Part shown: positions 19,722-29,562 of the stretch, one piece after another
How the letters are laid out: each line of letters starts with the position of its first letter
Numbering within the stretch: position 1 is the first letter of the stretch
Assembly (NCBI GenBank): GCA_037138355.1
Contig: JBAXIL010000009.1
Coordinates: forward strand, 1 to 48,260
DNA from: a bacterium
GTDB lineage: Bacteria; Oederibacteriota; PGYV01; Palsa-1178
Reading direction: 5' to 3'
DNA length: 48,260 nt
Translations under genes and position numbers: made by a program
Notes under the pieces: model-generated
Database searches by the model: none
Told to the model about the DNA's origin: nothing
What the model saw: only the letters and a program-made list of their open reading frames with translations

Positions 19722-20567
19722 ATGAAAGTAGTAATATTTGGTGGAAATGGACTTTTAGGTTCTGATATAGTAAAAATATCCTCACAAAAGCATGACTTAA
19801 TGTCGCTTGGTAGTGCAGATGTCGATATAACAAATTCTGAGGCGGTTTATAGTTTTATAAAAACACATAAGCCTGAAGTTGTTATCAATAGTGCGGCATT
19901 GGCAGATGTGGATAAATGCGAGGCAAATCCAGACTTAGCTTATAGTGTCAATGCTACAGGACCGAAGAATATAGCAAAAGCTTGTAAGGATTTTAATGCT
20001 CGTCTGATTCACATAAGCACGGATTATGTTTTTGATGGTAAAAAAAATTCTCCTTATGATGAGTCTGATAAAATAAATCCAATTAATGTTTATGGTAAGT
20101 CAAAAGTTGCAGGCGAGCAGTTTATTAAAGACGGCATGTATAAGTATATGATAATAAGAACTGCTTGGATATTTGGTTCTAAGAGAAAACATTTTGTGGA
20201 TTATGTGGCTGAAGCAATAAATAAGGGTGAAGAAATCACAGCCATAACAGATATGGCCTCATCGCCAACTTACTCACTTGATCTCGCAAAGCTGATTCAT
20301 GAAACGCTACCATTAAAACAGACAGGTATCTTTCATGCGGCAAATAAGGGCTACTGTTCGCGCGTGCAAATGGTTGAAGAAATTATGAAGCTCATGAAAA
20401 AACAGACCAGTATAAAGACCTTGTCGCAGGAGCAGTGGGGCAAACCTGCTAAAAGGCCAGCTTTTTCGGCACTGAAGAATTATCATTTTCACTTACTTGG
20501 TATAGATAATATGCCAACTTGGCAGGATGCGCTTAAAAGATATTTACTTTTAAAATATAAGGTATAA
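19722..20567 (+). CDS. rmlD: dTDP-4-dehydrorhamnose reductase
   Basis: GGNGLLG, VDKCE, HISTDYVFDG, YGKSK, SPTY, AKRP. Confidence 0.93.
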   Translation: MKVVIFGGNGLLGSDIVKISSQKHDLMSLGSADVDITNSEAVYSFIKTHKPEVVINSAALADVDKCEANPDLAYSVNATGPKNIAKACKDFNARLIHISTDYVFDGKKNSPYDESDKINPINVYGKSKVAGEQFIKDGMYKYMIIRTAWIFGSKRKHFVDYVAEAINKGEEITAITDMASSPTYSLDLAKLIHETLPLKQTGIFHAANKGYCSRVQMVEEIMKLMKKQTSIKTLSQEQWGKPAKRPAFSALKNYHFHLLGIDNMPTWQDALKRYLLLKYKV

Positions 20568-20601
20568 ATTCACTATTAAATATTTTTACAATGGAGGTCT
20601 T

Positions 20602-21627
20602 ATGAAAGCTCTTGTGATTGGTGGAGCAGGTTTTATCGGAGTTAATACAGCTGACAGATTATTAAAAAAAGGAAATGAAGTTTGGGTATTTGATAATTTA
20701 TCGCGCAGGGGAACTGAGTGGAATTTGAAGTGGTTAAAACAACATAAAAAACTTAAGTTTATTAAAGGTGATACCCGCGACTATCCTGCTTTGAAAAAAC
20801 TTTTTAAAGACAATACTGATTTTGATGCGGTATTTCATTTGGCGGCTCAGGTCGCGGTTACTACTTCTGTTACTAATCCAAGAGAGGATTTTGAAATAAA
20901 CGCTTTGGGAAGTTTTAATGTGCTTGAAGCTATTAGGGAAACTAAATCAAATCCGGCGATACTGTATTCATCGACAAATAAAGTTTATGGTGGCATGACT
21001 GATATAAAGATAGTAGAAAGAAAAGGAAAATACGCTTATAAAGACCTGCCAAAAGGAATATCTGAAGACAGAATACTTGATTTTCATTCGCCTTATGGTT
21101 GTTCAAAAGGAACGGCAGACCAGTACATGATTGATTATTCCAGAATATATGGCTTGCGGACAGTAGTTTTCAGACAGTCATGTATATATGGTTATAGACA
21201 GTTTGGCATAGAGGATCAGGGTTGGGTGGCTTGGTTCACAATCGCTACAATGCTCAATAAAGCTCTTTCTATATATGGTGATGGCAAGCAGGTAAGGGAT
21301 GTACTTTTTATTGAAGACCTTATAGATGGTTATGAAGCAGCAATAAAAAATATAGACAAAATAAAAGGTCAAGCATTTAATGTTGGTGGTGGTGCAAAAA
21401 ATACTATGTCGCTTTTGGAACTGATAGCATTTTTGGAAAAGTTCTTTGGTAAAAAAATACCTCTTAAATTTGCTGATTGGCGTCCAGGAGACCAGCCGGT
21501 ATTTGTCTGTGATATTTCAAAAGCCAAAAAAGCTTTTGGTTGGGAACCTAAAACTTCACCAGAAAAAGGCGTAGAGTTGTTATATGAGTGGGTTAAAGAT
21601 AATAAGTCGCTTTTTAAGGATTTATAA
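20602..21627 (+). CDS. extended SDR nucleotide-sugar epimerase, CDP-paratose 2-epimerase (RfbE/Tyv)-like
   Basis: HLAAQVAVTTS, YSSTNKVYG, HSPYGCSKG, QFGIEDQGWVAWF, WRPGDQ. Confidence 0.8.
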   Translation: MKALVIGGAGFIGVNTADRLLKKGNEVWVFDNLSRRGTEWNLKWLKQHKKLKFIKGDTRDYPALKKLFKDNTDFDAVFHLAAQVAVTTSVTNPREDFEINALGSFNVLEAIRETKSNPAILYSSTNKVYGGMTDIKIVERKGKYAYKDLPKGISEDRILDFHSPYGCSKGTADQYMIDYSRIYGLRTVVFRQSCIYGYRQFGIEDQGWVAWFTIATMLNKALSIYGDGKQVRDVLFIEDLIDGYEAAIKNIDKIKGQAFNVGGGAKNTMSLLELIAFLEKFFGKKIPLKFADWRPGDQPVFVCDISKAKKAFGWEPKTSPEKGVELLYEWVKDNKSLFKDL

Positions 21628-21689
21628 GCGTCTATTAGGTTGCAAAAAGCCGCGCTGTAAAATAATTTATTATATGAGGAAGGTTTATT

Positions 21690-22775
21690 TTGAAAATATT
21701 ATTTGTTTCTCACAGCGCTGTCCTTAAAGAACATCAGCAAAAACTTAATATTCTTGCAGAAAAATTTGGACATGAGATATGGCTTGTAATGCCACCGCAC
21801 TGGTTAGAAGGCGGAATTGACATAAATGCCTACACTGAAAATAAAAACATTCATTATATAGTTGGCAAGGTATTTTATCCTAAAAAAACAGTACATTTTT
21901 ATCTCAATGCGGGAGAGATAGTCAAAAAGGTAAATCCTGACATAATACACATAGAGGAAGAACCGTTTGATTTCTCGTGTTTTCAATTTTTAAGACAAGC
22001 GAAAAAATATGGAAAAAAAGTTCTATTTTTTACTTGGGAAAACATAAAACGAAAATACAATCCTTTATATACATATTTCAATAATTATTGTCTAAAAAAT
22101 GCAGATGCAGCGCTTGCAGGTAATATAGAAGCGAAAGAAATACTTTTGGAAAAAGACTTTAACAAGCAAGTTGAAGTAATACCTCAATATGGAATCAACT
22201 TGGAAGATTTCAAAACGAAAAAAAATGGACGCACAGAAGGGCCATTAAAAATTGCATATATAGGCAGACTTACGGCAGAAAAAGGCCTTACTTATTTAGT
22301 AAGTGCTTGTGCCAACCTTCCAAATAGTACATTACATTTGGCAGGGACAGGAAGTATGGAAGCAGTTTTACATAATTTGATTAAACACTTCAAACTTGAA
22401 GATCGTGTAAAGTTCTATGGTCATGTGAAAAGACAAGCAGTTCCTGACTTTTTGCTTGATATGGATTGTCTTGTGCTACCGTCAATTACTACGGAAGTTT
22501 GGAAGGAACAGTTTGGAAGGGTTATCATAGAAGCCTTTGCCGCTGGAGTTGTGGTGATTGGTTCTGATTCTGGAGAAATCCCAAATGTGATAGGAGCTGC
22601 TGGATTAATATTTAAAGAATGTAATGCTCAAGATTTGGCAGAACAGATTAAAAAATTAGCTGAAGATAAAACTCTCTATGTTAATTTGCAGGCAAAAGGT
22701 TTTAAAAGAGTTAAAGAAAATTATACAAATGAAATTATAGCAGAGCAAATAAATAATATGTATAAAGTAATTTGA
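21690..22775 (+). CDS. glycosyltransferase family 4
   Basis: IGRLTAEKG, WKEQFGRVIIEA, GSDSGEIP. Confidence 0.9.
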   Translation: MKILFVSHSAVLKEHQQKLNILAEKFGHEIWLVMPPHWLEGGIDINAYTENKNIHYIVGKVFYPKKTVHFYLNAGEIVKKVNPDIIHIEEEPFDFSCFQFLRQAKKYGKKVLFFTWENIKRKYNPLYTYFNNYCLKNADAALAGNIEAKEILLEKDFNKQVEVIPQYGINLEDFKTKKNGRTEGPLKIAYIGRLTAEKGLTYLVSACANLPNSTLHLAGTGSMEAVLHNLIKHFKLEDRVKFYGHVKRQAVPDFLLDMDCLVLPSITTEVWKEQFGRVIIEAFAAGVVVIGSDSGEIPNVIGAAGLIFKECNAQDLAEQIKKLAEDKTLYVNLQAKGFKRVKENYTNEIIAEQINNMYKVI

Positions 22776-22815
22776 TTTTATAATTAGAAAGATTTTACCC
22801 ATCCGGAGGGAATGG

Positions 22816-23517
22816 TTGAATATTTTAAATGGTTTATTGAGCATTTTATTTCCCACTCAGTGTGCGGGATGTAAAAGATACATAAAAGATTTCAAATATG
22901 TTTATGTCTGTCCTAAGTGTTATGAAGGATTGAGATTGTTACCACAAAGGATTTGCCCGGTATGTGCAAAACCAATACAGTCGGAACATGCAGACGGATG
23001 TATGGAATGTAAAGAACGCGGGAATGAGTTTTCTTATGTGCTTGCTGCAGGTATATATGAAGGCGCTTTGAAAGAAATGATACATTATATGAAGTTTAAT
23101 AATAAGAAATCGGCTGCTAAAATAGCAGCAGGTTTTATTATGGAAAGAGTTGATTTTAAAATATTTGCTGGTGCGGATATGATAGTCGCAGCACCTTTAA
23201 GTCGTGATTCAATAGCGGCAAGAGGGTATAATCAAACTTATGAAGTGGCAAAGCTGTTGTCAGAAAAGACAGGTATACCAATTGTGAGAAATGTAAAAAA
23301 AATAAAGGAAACACCACCTCAAAATAAGTTGGATAGAAAAGAACGCTTAAAGAATTTAAAAGGGGCTTTTGAGGTAAAAGAAAATCTGGCAGGAAAGACC
23401 ATAGTGGTAGTAGATGATGTGTTCACCACTGGTGCTACTATAAATGAGATAGCTAAAACTTTAAAGAAGTCATTTGCTAAAGAGGTAAGAGGTTTGGTAA
23501 TAGCAAGATCTATATAA
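22816..23517 (+). CDS. comF: ComF family protein (zinc ribbon + PRTase)
   Basis: Four CxxC motifs, RGYNQ, R..NLKGAF, VDDVFTTGAT. Confidence 0.9.
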   Translation: MNILNGLLSILFPTQCAGCKRYIKDFKYVYVCPKCYEGLRLLPQRICPVCAKPIQSEHADGCMECKERGNEFSYVLAAGIYEGALKEMIHYMKFNNKKSAAKIAAGFIMERVDFKIFAGADMIVAAPLSRDSIAARGYNQTYEVAKLLSEKTGIPIVRNVKKIKETPPQNKLDRKERLKNLKGAFEVKENLAGKTIVVVDDVFTTGATINEIAKTLKKSFAKEVRGLVIARSI

Positions 23518-23545
23518 AATAAATCATATGAAAAGGAAATAAATA

Positions 23546-24211
23546 ATGAAAAAAAATGGCAAAAAGGTTTTGATATTGTTAAGTGGTGGACAAGATTCTA
23601 CTACCTCACTATTTTGGGCACAAAAACAGTTTAAACAGCTTGAGACCATATCTTTTGATTATGGTCAAAGGCATAAGGTAGAACTCATAAGTGCAAAAAA
23701 AATAGCTCGGCTTGCCAAAGTTAAGAATACAGTGATACAGATTAAAGAGTTTGAAAACTTAAAGCATAATGCTCTTTTGGATAAGAAAATTAATTTTAAA
23801 GGAAAAGATAGTGTGAATAAAAAGTTGCCAGCATCTTTTGTTCCAGGAAGAAATATACTTTTTCTCACTGTGGCTGCGGCTTTTGCTTATACCAGAGGAA
23901 TTAAGGATATAGTAATAGGAGTCTCGCAGGTGGATTATTCTGGTTATCCTGATTGCAGGGCTGAGTTTATTAAATCTATGGAAAAGACCTTAAGCTTAGG
24001 TATGGAATATCCAATAAAAATACATACACCTTTGATAAATTTGGATAAAAAACAGACAGTGCTTTTAGGAATAAAACTTGGGGCTTATAAAATGATGGCA
24101 CACACGCACACTTGTTATGAGGGAACAAAACCTGGTTGCGGCGCTTGTCCTGCTTGTATACTTAGAAAAAAAGGATTTGATGAGGCTTTGGTTAAGGATC
24201 CTTTAGAATAA
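23546..24211 (+). CDS. queC: 7-cyano-7-deazaguanine synthase
   Basis: SGGQDSTT, DYGQRH, FVPGRN, GYPDCR, TCY...CGACPAC. Confidence 0.96.
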   Translation: MKKNGKKVLILLSGGQDSTTSLFWAQKQFKQLETISFDYGQRHKVELISAKKIARLAKVKNTVIQIKEFENLKHNALLDKKINFKGKDSVNKKLPASFVPGRNILFLTVAAAFAYTRGIKDIVIGVSQVDYSGYPDCRAEFIKSMEKTLSLGMEYPIKIHTPLINLDKKQTVLLGIKLGAYKMMAHTHTCYEGTKPGCGACPACILRKKGFDEALVKDPLE

Positions 24212-24237
24212 TATATAAATAATTTGCGAGGTGAAGT

Positions 24238-24702
24238 ATGGCAAACCTAAAAATAAATGATCAAGCCCCTGCTTTTGAATTGAAAGACCAAAATGGAAAG
24301 ATGATAAAGCTTTCTGACTATGCTGGAAAGTCAAATATTGTTTTGTTCTTTTATCCGGCGGATTATTCTCCAGGGTGCACGGCAGAGGCCTGTGCTTTTA
24401 GAGATAATTATGATGTGTTTAAGGAAAATGGAGCAGAAGTAATTGGAATAAGCATGCAAAATGAAAACTCTCATAAGGGTTTTATTACTAAGCACGGTTT
24501 ACAATTTCAACTGCTTGTAGATGAAAATGGTAAAACAGCAGAAGCTTATGGAATAGGAAAACTTTTAGGTTTGTTGCCAGGCAGAGTAACTTTTGTGATA
24601 GATAAAGCTGGTGTAATAAAAAATATTTTCTCTTCACAGATTGATATGAATAAACATGTGACAGAAGCCATTAAAATTATTAAGGAAATAAAAGGAAACT
24701 AA
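24238..24702 (+). CDS. bcp: peroxiredoxin Bcp/PrxQ
   Basis: FFYPADYSPGCTAEAC, RVTFVIDK. Confidence 0.88.
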   Translation: MANLKINDQAPAFELKDQNGKMIKLSDYAGKSNIVLFFYPADYSPGCTAEACAFRDNYDVFKENGAEVIGISMQNENSHKGFITKHGLQFQLLVDENGKTAEAYGIGKLLGLLPGRVTFVIDKAGVIKNIFSSQIDMNKHVTEAIKIIKEIKGN

Positions 24703-24703
24703 A

Positions 24704-25396
24704 ATGAGAATACATTATCTGCAACATATTGAATATGAAAATCTTGCAAACATGCTTGCCTGGCTAAAAAAACGCAAACATAAGCTCACTAACACATTAC
24801 TTTATGAAAAACAGGAGCTGCCCGAGATAAGCTCATTTGATTGGCTTATAGTTATGGGTGGTCCTATGAATATATATGAACACAAAAAATATCCATGGCT
24901 TATTAAGGAAAAACAATTTATAAAAAATGCTGTGAAAGCTGGAAAAAAAGTGCTTGGCATTTGTCTTGGCGCACAACTTTTATCAGCGTGTCTTGACGGA
25001 GATGTCACAAAGAACAAATACAAAGAAATTGGATTTTTTCCAGTTAAGCTTACCAAAAAAGGAAAACAATCAAAAATATTTAAAGGGTTATTGCAAGAGT
25101 TCACTGTTATGCACTGGCATGGAGATACTTTTTCCACACCAAGGGGTGCAAAAGCTCTTGCAATGAGTAAGGGTTGTAGAAATCAGGCATTTTCTTATCA
25201 AAACAGGGCATTTGGTCTGCAGTTCCATTTTGAATATTCGCCTAAACATATTAAAAAGTTTTTCAAAGATCCGCAGAACGCCTTAAAACCTGAAAAATAT
25301 GTACAAAGTGCAAGTGAAATACTTAAAAATACCAAAGGTTATCAACAAATTAATTCAGTAATGAAAAGAATACTTAGCAATTTAGAAAAAATTTAA
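24704..25396 (+). CDS. class I glutamine amidotransferase (GMP synthase-like, stand-alone)
   Basis: MGGPM, GICLGAQ, WHGDTF, QFHFE (Cys-His-Glu triad). Confidence 0.88.
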   Translation: MRIHYLQHIEYENLANMLAWLKKRKHKLTNTLLYEKQELPEISSFDWLIVMGGPMNIYEHKKYPWLIKEKQFIKNAVKAGKKVLGICLGAQLLSACLDGDVTKNKYKEIGFFPVKLTKKGKQSKIFKGLLQEFTVMHWHGDTFSTPRGAKALAMSKGCRNQAFSYQNRAFGLQFHFEYSPKHIKKFFKDPQNALKPEKYVQSASEILKNTKGYQQINSVMKRILSNLEKI

Positions 25397-25522
25397 GATA
25401 GGTAGAAAGACCAGCATAATTACAATAATAACCATTAAATATAGCTAATTAAACATCCTTGAACATGCTATATTCTTGTGATAATATCATTAGCAACATT
25501 AAATGAAATTAACGGAGTTGAA

Positions 25523-26110
25523 ATGAATAAAGTTAAAAGCGGTATAACAGGAATAACAGCATTATTTATGTCGGCATTAATTCATGCTGCTTTAATAGGT
25601 GGCATTATTTATGCTTCAGGCATGACAAAAGCGAATAAACTATTTGATAAACTGGCTGTAAATAATACATCCCAGCAAAGATATGCACTTCTTCCAGATG
25701 TAGAAATCATCGCTGATAGAAGCTTATTAAAACATAGTGGAAAAAAAATACAGCAAAGTTCTAATAAAGAAGCTTTTGGTACTTCTAAAGCTAACTCCAC
25801 AATAGATGGGGATGCTGATAAAAGTGTTTTTATATATCAAGATGCTGTAAAGCGAAGGATACAAGAATCCAGGTTTTATCCTGATGAAGCAAGAAAAGAA
25901 GGAACTCAAGGTTCAGTTGAAGTTTCATTTGCAATCCTGCCTGACGGTTCGCTTGGACAGGTTTCGCTTATGAAATCTTCAGGAAGAACTATATTAGATG
26001 TAGAGGCATTATCTACGATTAAAAGAGCATCTCCTTTTCCGGCTTTTGCCGGCAACATAGATAGTCAGCAATTAGATATGCAGGTAGCCATAGTATTTAA
26101 ACTTAATTAG
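25523..26110 (+). CDS. tonB: TonB family energy transducer
   Basis: SALIH TM motif; YPDEARKEGTQGSV, SSGRTILD C-terminal domain; ATG 25523 after GGAG. Confidence 0.82.
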   Translation: MNKVKSGITGITALFMSALIHAALIGGIIYASGMTKANKLFDKLAVNNTSQQRYALLPDVEIIADRSLLKHSGKKIQQSSNKEAFGTSKANSTIDGDADKSVFIYQDAVKRRIQESRFYPDEARKEGTQGSVEVSFAILPDGSLGQVSLMKSSGRTILDVEALSTIKRASPFPAFAGNIDSQQLDMQVAIVFKLN

Positions 26111-26158
26111 TTTTACTGGCAAGGCCTGTTTATTAAAATCGAAATAACCGGAGGCAAT

Positions 26159-28036
26159 ATGAAAAAGATTTTTTTATCAATACTGTTTTTAATTTCATTT
26201 ATAATAATAAAAGCCGAAACGCCTGGAAGTATTGTAGGAGCTGGAGAAGATTTTACGGATATGGATCTTGGCGCGGTCGTGGTACAAGATGAGGACAATG
26301 GAGTACAAACTGGGATAAATGAATTTTCCCAAGCAACTACTGTATTTAAAAACTCTGATATCGCAGGAACTTCTGCAATGACAGTTGCAGATATACTCGG
26401 AGAAGTACCAGGGATATATTTTAATAAATCAGAAATAGTATCTTTTGGAACAGGCATGTTCTGTCCTTCTGTTTTAAAAATACGAGGTCTTGGCGAAACT
26501 CCAAATGCTGGTATTTTGACTGTCATAGATGGCAGACCGCAGTCCATGGGCATATACCGTCATCCACTTTTTGATACTCTTGCTTTAGATTCTATAGAAT
26601 CTATAGAAGTGATTAAAGGCCCAAACGGTGTGCTTTTTGGTAATCAAGCTGTAGCAGGAGTTATAAATATTACAACAAAGAAAAGAGAACTTGAAGGCGG
26701 CTCCTATACTTTGGGAACTATGATAGGTAGTCATTTCACGCAAGATCATTTTATCAATGCCGTAATAAAAAAAGAGGAAATCGATATAAATGTTTCTGGT
26801 GGTTACAGTTCTACGGAAGGTGCAAGACCTAATTCGGATAACTATTTAGAAAATGTACATGCCCATGCAGGGTATGAAATAGATAAAAACCTGACGGCTT
26901 CTGTAAATATTGATTATGCTTTTGTAAGGGCATTTAATCCTGGTCCTATAGGTTCAAATTGGCCGAGAGAGGTAGAGGCCTCAAAAACTATTCAGCGCGA
27001 TGGAGATTTTAGAGTTGAATACAAGGCAAACGATTATACAGGGTCAACTATATTTTTCTCAGATTCAGGTTCAAACAAGATTTCGCTTGATGTTATGCCT
27101 CCATTATTTACTACCATAGTGCCTGGTTCTTATAGTGAATATCAAAATAATGGAATTAGAATAATGAATGAATGGATAATACTTCCTGGGAACTCAACAA
27201 AAGTTGGATTTGATTGGCAATATTTTGGTGGTTTTTTCTCATCGACAATGAAGGACGCTGGTTGGCACGAAAATGACTATGCTCCGTATGTTTCAATCAG
27301 TCAAAAGGTTGGTATCTTTGGTGCCTCTGCTGGTTTACGATATGAATTTAACAGTGCCTGGGGAAGTATTCCTATACCACAGGCTGGCTTTAATATATCA
27401 CTATTTGACCAACAATCTTTCTATGTAAATGTTTCTAAGGGATTTAAAACTCCTGCTATGGGGGTTTGGGCTGTAAGTACTTATGATGAATTAAATCCTG
27501 AGGAATTTTGGCAATATGAGGTAGGTGCCACGCAGACCATATTTGAAAATATAAAATATGATATCTCTTTATATCAGACAGAAGGCAATAATATAATGCA
27601 GACAGATGTAGTTGATGGTAAATTGAAAAATACTGGGACTATCTTGTTTAGAGGTGTGGAGGCAGATGTGTCTGGCAAACTTTTTGATATATATAAGTTA
27701 GGACTATCTGGAAGCTATATCGATCCACGCAACAAGACTGCACATATTGCTTACTTAAGTGGTTCAGCGTATATTGAGGCGGCCATTATGAAAAAGACAG
27801 CTATAAAGTTGAGTGCTGACTTTGCCAAAGATAGATTTGATGCTAATAATAAAATTAATAAACTATCTGATTATATGACATTGAGCTTATTAGTTGATTA
27901 CAGGGCAGAACTTTTTGGAACTGATACAAGTTTTTACCTAAATATTGACAATATGTTTGACAATAAGTATGAAGTGAAAAAAGGGTATCCGAACAGCGGC
28001 TTTTTAATCAAAGGTGGCTTGGTAATAAGATTATAA
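26159..28036 (+). CDS. TonB-dependent receptor
   Basis: Plug motifs (IRG, IDGRP, IESIEVIKGP, AGVINITTK), barrel strands, NIDNMFDNKY. Confidence 0.92.
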   Translation: MKKIFLSILFLISFIIIKAETPGSIVGAGEDFTDMDLGAVVVQDEDNGVQTGINEFSQATTVFKNSDIAGTSAMTVADILGEVPGIYFNKSEIVSFGTGMFCPSVLKIRGLGETPNAGILTVIDGRPQSMGIYRHPLFDTLALDSIESIEVIKGPNGVLFGNQAVAGVINITTKKRELEGGSYTLGTMIGSHFTQDHFINAVIKKEEIDINVSGGYSSTEGARPNSDNYLENVHAHAGYEIDKNLTASVNIDYAFVRAFNPGPIGSNWPREVEASKTIQRDGDFRVEYKANDYTGSTIFFSDSGSNKISLDVMPPLFTTIVPGSYSEYQNNGIRIMNEWIILPGNSTKVGFDWQYFGGFFSSTMKDAGWHENDYAPYVSISQKVGIFGASAGLRYEFNSAWGSIPIPQAGFNISLFDQQSFYVNVSKGFKTPAMGVWAVSTYDELNPEEFWQYEVGATQTIFENIKYDISLYQTEGNNIMQTDVVDGKLKNTGTILFRGVEADVSGKLFDIYKLGLSGSYIDPRNKTAHIAYLSGSAYIEAAIMKKTAIKLSADFAKDRFDANNKINKLSDYMTLSLLVDYRAELFGTDTSFYLNIDNMFDNKYEVKKGYPNSGFLIKGGLVIRL

Positions 28037-28050
28037 AAATAGGAGTTAAT

Positions 28051-28863
28051 ATGAAAAAATTATTAGTATTAATTTTTGCTGTAATTATCTTGACCGTGAG
28101 TTGCGTGAAAATTAGCAATAACGGGCATAAGGTGCTCTGTGGAAGTTCATTAATACTTTCTTTGGTTAAAGACTGTGGCGGAGATATAGCTACTTCAACT
28201 CTAATACCTGCGGATGTATGTCCAGGAAGTTTTGATTTAAAACCTGAAGACGCGACAAAAGTAATGGAGGCCTCAGTTTTTATTATACAACCGTTTCAAC
28301 AAGGCATAGCTGAAAAAACTTTAAAGATAAATCCAAAGCTTGTTATTGAAATAATTAAAACTCCAGATATGACAATACCAGAAAATTATTTTAAGGGGCT
28401 TCAGGAAACTGAGGTGATTTTAGAAAAATATTTTCCAGCAAAAGCAGGACAGTTTTCGCAAAGCATTAATTCTAAAATTAATGAAATAAGAATGACGGTT
28501 ATGGCGGATACGGATTTTCTTCAAAGAGTTAGAAAAATGAATATTAGAGTTATAGCGAGCACCTTTCATATTGTGACTGCTCGTTATTTAGGATTGGATG
28601 TGGCAGGAACATTCGAAGGTCCTGAAACTTTAAAACCAGCTGGTTTAAGCAAACTGATTGCTACTGCAAAATCAAGAACCGTTACACTAATAATTAGCAA
28701 CTTAACTGGAACTCATGATTTAACCGCTGAAATTTTAAATAAAAAACTTAAACTTATAAAAGTTGTTTTTAAAATATTTCCGACTGAAACTACAGGGGAG
28801 GGAATGTTTTTGAATTTGTGGAAGTACAATATAAGCCAACTAAAAAGTGTAGTAGGGGATTAA
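28051..28863 (+). CDS. ZnuA/TroA-like metal ABC substrate-binding lipoprotein (atypical ligands)
   Basis: Lipobox LTVSC; LIPADVCPGSFDLKPED resembles PH-x-E/D-x-x-P-x-D; ABC context. Confidence 0.7.
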   Translation: MKKLLVLIFAVIILTVSCVKISNNGHKVLCGSSLILSLVKDCGGDIATSTLIPADVCPGSFDLKPEDATKVMEASVFIIQPFQQGIAEKTLKINPKLVIEIIKTPDMTIPENYFKGLQETEVILEKYFPAKAGQFSQSINSKINEIRMTVMADTDFLQRVRKMNIRVIASTFHIVTARYLGLDVAGTFEGPETLKPAGLSKLIATAKSRTVTLIISNLTGTHDLTAEILNKKLKLIKVVFKIFPTETTGEGMFLNLWKYNISQLKSVVGD

Positions 28864-29562
28864 ATGAAAGTAAAAAAACAGGAAATAGTATTAAAAAATG
28901 TTTCTGTTAAAATTGGAAAAACACTTATATTAAATGATATATCTTTAACCATCAATAAAGGCGAATTCATAACATTACTTGGTAAAAACGGTTCAGGAAA
29001 AACCACTCTGCTAAAGACAATCCTCGGTATTAATAAATATTTTTTAGGCAGTATTATAGTTGGCGGAGTAAGTATTAAAGACGGTCATGTTAGAAATGTT
29101 CGACTTAAAACTGGATATGTACCGCAATTTTTTTCTGCTGAGAATAATTTCCCAATAACTGCTGGGGATGTAATAGCTATGGGAAAAAATAAAAAACAGG
29201 CTGAAGTATGGGCGCGAAATATGGAAATAATAAATATTATTGATAAACCTTTTGGAAAACTATCAGGTGGAGAAAAACAAAAAGTCATGCTCGCTATGGC
29301 ACTTTCAAGGGAACCGGAAATTCTTTTATTGGACGAACCAAATCTGAATTTAGACATAAGGGCATACAAAAATTTTATTGAACTTGTGGAAAAGTTGCAG
29401 CAACAGCTTAAGCTGACCGTTATATATGTAACACATCTAACTGGACACATCCCAAAGAGCTGTTCACGGATTGTGGTAATAAAAGACGGGGAAATTTACA
29501 GAGATGGTCCTAAAAGAAATATTTTAAATAATGACAAATTAGAGGAACTTATTTATGAATGA
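28864..29562 (+). CDS. metal ABC transporter ATPase
   Basis: GKNGSGKTT, GYVPQ, LSGGEKQ, LLDEP, VTH. Confidence 0.9.
   Translation: MKVKKQEIVLKNVSVKIGKTLILNDISLTINKGEFITLLGKNGSGKTTLLKTILGINKYFLGSIIVGGVSIKDGHVRNVRLKTGYVPQFFSAENNFPITAGDVIAMGKNKKQAEVWARNMEIINIIDKPFGKLSGGEKQKVMLAMALSREPEILLLDEPNLNLDIRAYKNFIELVEKLQQQLKLTVIYVTHLTGHIPKSCSRIVVIKDGEIYRDGPKRNILNNDKLEELIYE

Noticed and set aside
23546..24211. queC as part of a DNA-modification or defence system (dpd/Qat)
   Set aside because: Canonical length and motifs; no dpdA, TatD or ATPase partners nearby
25397..25522. Cobalamin or TPP riboswitch upstream of TonB/TBDR
   Set aside because: Short, very AT-rich, no B12 box or TPP core motifs
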